Assembly (NCBI GenBank): GCA_021432655.1
Contig: MU271270.1
Coordinates: forward strand, 1 to 64,000
Origin: Atractiella rhizophila
Lineage: Eukaryota
Direction: 5' to 3'
Length of the DNA stretch: 64,000 bases
Below are positions 61,763 to 64,000 of the stretch, in pieces. How positions within the stretch are numbered: position 1 is the stretch's first letter; each line of letters starts with the position of its first letter. The position numbers and the translations under genes are program-made. A model generated the notes under the pieces. The model saw only the letters and a program-made list of their open reading frames with translations, did no database searches and had not been told where the DNA came from.

Positions 61763-63256
61763 GATGAGTCGCACAAGTGTGGACACAAGCCATGTATGTA
61801 GCCTGTGGAGTGCTGCACTCCTGGTCAAAGGAATATCCCACGTATTATCATGATAGAAGCAGGTATCCAGGTATTAGGCCGCCACAACAGTCGATTAAAT
61901 TATATTCCAGTGGCAAGCTTGACTCGGAGCATGTCACCATGGTGCGAAAGGTTGTCCGAACAACATTGCACAAGAATTCTTGGGTCCTAGGAAAGAACCA
62001 CATTAAGCTGAACTGTTCTGGCTTGGGCAAGGGGGTTTGTTGAAGAAAATTGTCGTATAATCTTTGTTATGACATGACCAGGAGACAATCCAAGGTCAAG
62101 CTCCTAGTCCCCTCCTCAAGCTTGAAGCCTCCTATAATAATGTGTCATAGTACGATAATAGACCTGTGGGTCTACATTCCATTGACAGGCTCTTCAAGTT
62201 TTCCTGAAACCCGTGATTGCTCTGCTTCTTTCCTTGAGTACAGTGAGACAGACAGCATCCCACTCGATACCACTGCACTTTTTGCCAACTGCAACTGCCA
62301 CTGCAACTCCTATTCAAGCCGAAGCATTACACAACTCTTACGCACTGACTAGATCACGACAAGCGCAGTCTCAGTCAAGGCGCTGCTAAGGAATATTGAC
62401 CTAATCCGGTGGTGTGAGATACGTTGCGGCCCATGTTTGGACCAAGCGGACATAAAGTTTCGTAGTAACGACCATCGATTCCTCCTCAGAAGCTCTGAGG
62501 TGTACAGTTTGGATGGCGGAATTGAGCTTCAACCTTCCAGGATCGCAAACCATTCGCTGCCTGAACGACAGACTGGAAGTTATACATGCTGGAACTTTGG
62601 CCAAAGTTATCGCCGCCGTGTCAATTGAGCGCATCGAGGTGAGAAAGTTTCCCCCCTTGTCGACTGGTCAGTTATGATTGACCGGTTCCGTGTAGATATC
62701 GACTACTTCTTCTCCTTCGCACTGGTTCAGAATTTACCTAAAAGGTAGGTATCCTCGTATCCAAGTGGCGCAAGGCAGCTCTCATCCTCGTGACCACTCC
62801 CTCGGTCTTCGTAGACTCTACAGTGTTCGAATTGCACACCGCAGAGCCCATTTCCAAGTCTGGCTCGCCCTTGTCTGGCCTCTTTGACCTTTTACACAAT
62901 TGGAGTAAGGCGTATCACTTCGCCATCAGAGAACCTCCACCCCAAAGTGAGGGCTCTGTTTCGTAGGTTTTTTTTGTCACTTCTTTTTTTCATTTCTTTC
63001 TCACTGCATTCACCATGAAGATCCAACGAAGAAGATTCTTATGGTATTAATCTTGACTCTGCGAAGCGATCCAAGCGGAAACCTCTTCCTGCCCCAGTGA
63101 GTGGCTCCCCTCGAATATCCCCAAACCCATGACTCATGGTGTGCATCTGTCTTTTCTTGCTTGTGTGTAACTTGGTGGATTTACATTTTCACACTTCACA
63201 CTTCGGATATTTCAAAGGTGATAAAAACACTTCATATTGGACCTCCCACCAAAAGA

Positions 63257-64000
63257 ATGTCTTCACCCTCCCCAGATCCCTCAGACCTCGATCTTAGAAC
63301 CATAAACGGTAACGCCGCCACCAGTTCACACCAACCTCTACCTTTGCAACAAGGACCTGAAAAGGTGGTCAAGAAACGGAGACTTCGGAAAAAGGTCGCG
63401 GAAGAGGATGAAGAACCATTACCTCCGAAGAAACGACGAGGAAAGAAGACAAAAGTGGACGAAGCCGCAAACGCTTCTACGTCCCTTAACAATGAGGCTC
63501 CCCCTTTCTTAGGTATTCTCATTCTTCACGTTCGTACGCCCACTTTTTAATGTCCCGTTGCTGTTTAGGTACCCTCTCCCATCTACCAACTCCTCCCTCA
63601 GTTTCCAGTTCCTTTGTTAAAGCGCCGGTCGCCTCCGCCTCCCTTTTGAACGGAGTAGATCACAAAGTCCCATCGGAGGCCCAAACTCCCACGACGACGG
63701 CGATGACAAACGGTCAGAACACTTCAGCTCGTCGAAAGAGGCCACGAGCGACGGAACGAACTAACCTCACCATAGCTTACAAGGCAGACAAGAGGGCATC
63801 CCAACCTACTGGCGTTCGCGATACTCCTATGCCTGCCGAAGTTACAGTCCCTGCGACAGCTGTCCCTTCGTCATCTACCCCCCCTATCAACCTTGCTGCA
63901 ATGGAGAATGCACGGCCAAGGAAGAGATTCAAACCTGACGAACCAATCCCAGTTTCTCTCGCTGTTCCCCCACCTACCGCCATGCAGATCCCTCCTGTGG
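63257..64000 (+). CDS. Hypothetical, probably nuclear protein, 5' part (runs off the window)
   Basis: MSSPSPDPS... with basic clusters KKRRLRKK and PPKKRRGKK; intron at about 63512-63568; the frame stays open to the window end. Confidence 0.6.

Overview
Intron-dense eukaryotic DNA, most consistent with a basidiomycete fungus: mostly 45-60 nt introns, frequent GTGCGT/GTTCGT/GTCCGT donors and CTRAY-like branch points. About 20 spliced protein-coding loci are supported: PheRS alpha (3' part), aldo-keto reductase, bHLH factor, importin-beta family karyopherin, Hv1 proton channel, Zn2Cys6 factor, Pal1-domain protein, eIF2B beta, a secreted GH127-like hydrolase, RPN7, malic enzyme, REV3, broken SPB4-like DEAD-box copies, an MFS sugar transporter, a membrane-anchored stand-alone GT5 enzyme and several hypothetical proteins. 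No tRNA, rRNA, CRISPR array or intact transposon was recognised. Three observations stand out. (1) Six genes have unusually long first introns (199-676 nt) packed with nested inverted repeats, which could fold them back towards standard intron length or could host structured RNAs. (2) Three slightly diverged duplications lie within about 22 kb and disrupt REV3 and SPB4; they may be haplotype or assembly artefacts. (3) At least four GC-AG introns and several 8-14 nt micro-exons occur. All exon boundaries and stems were read by eye and are unverified.
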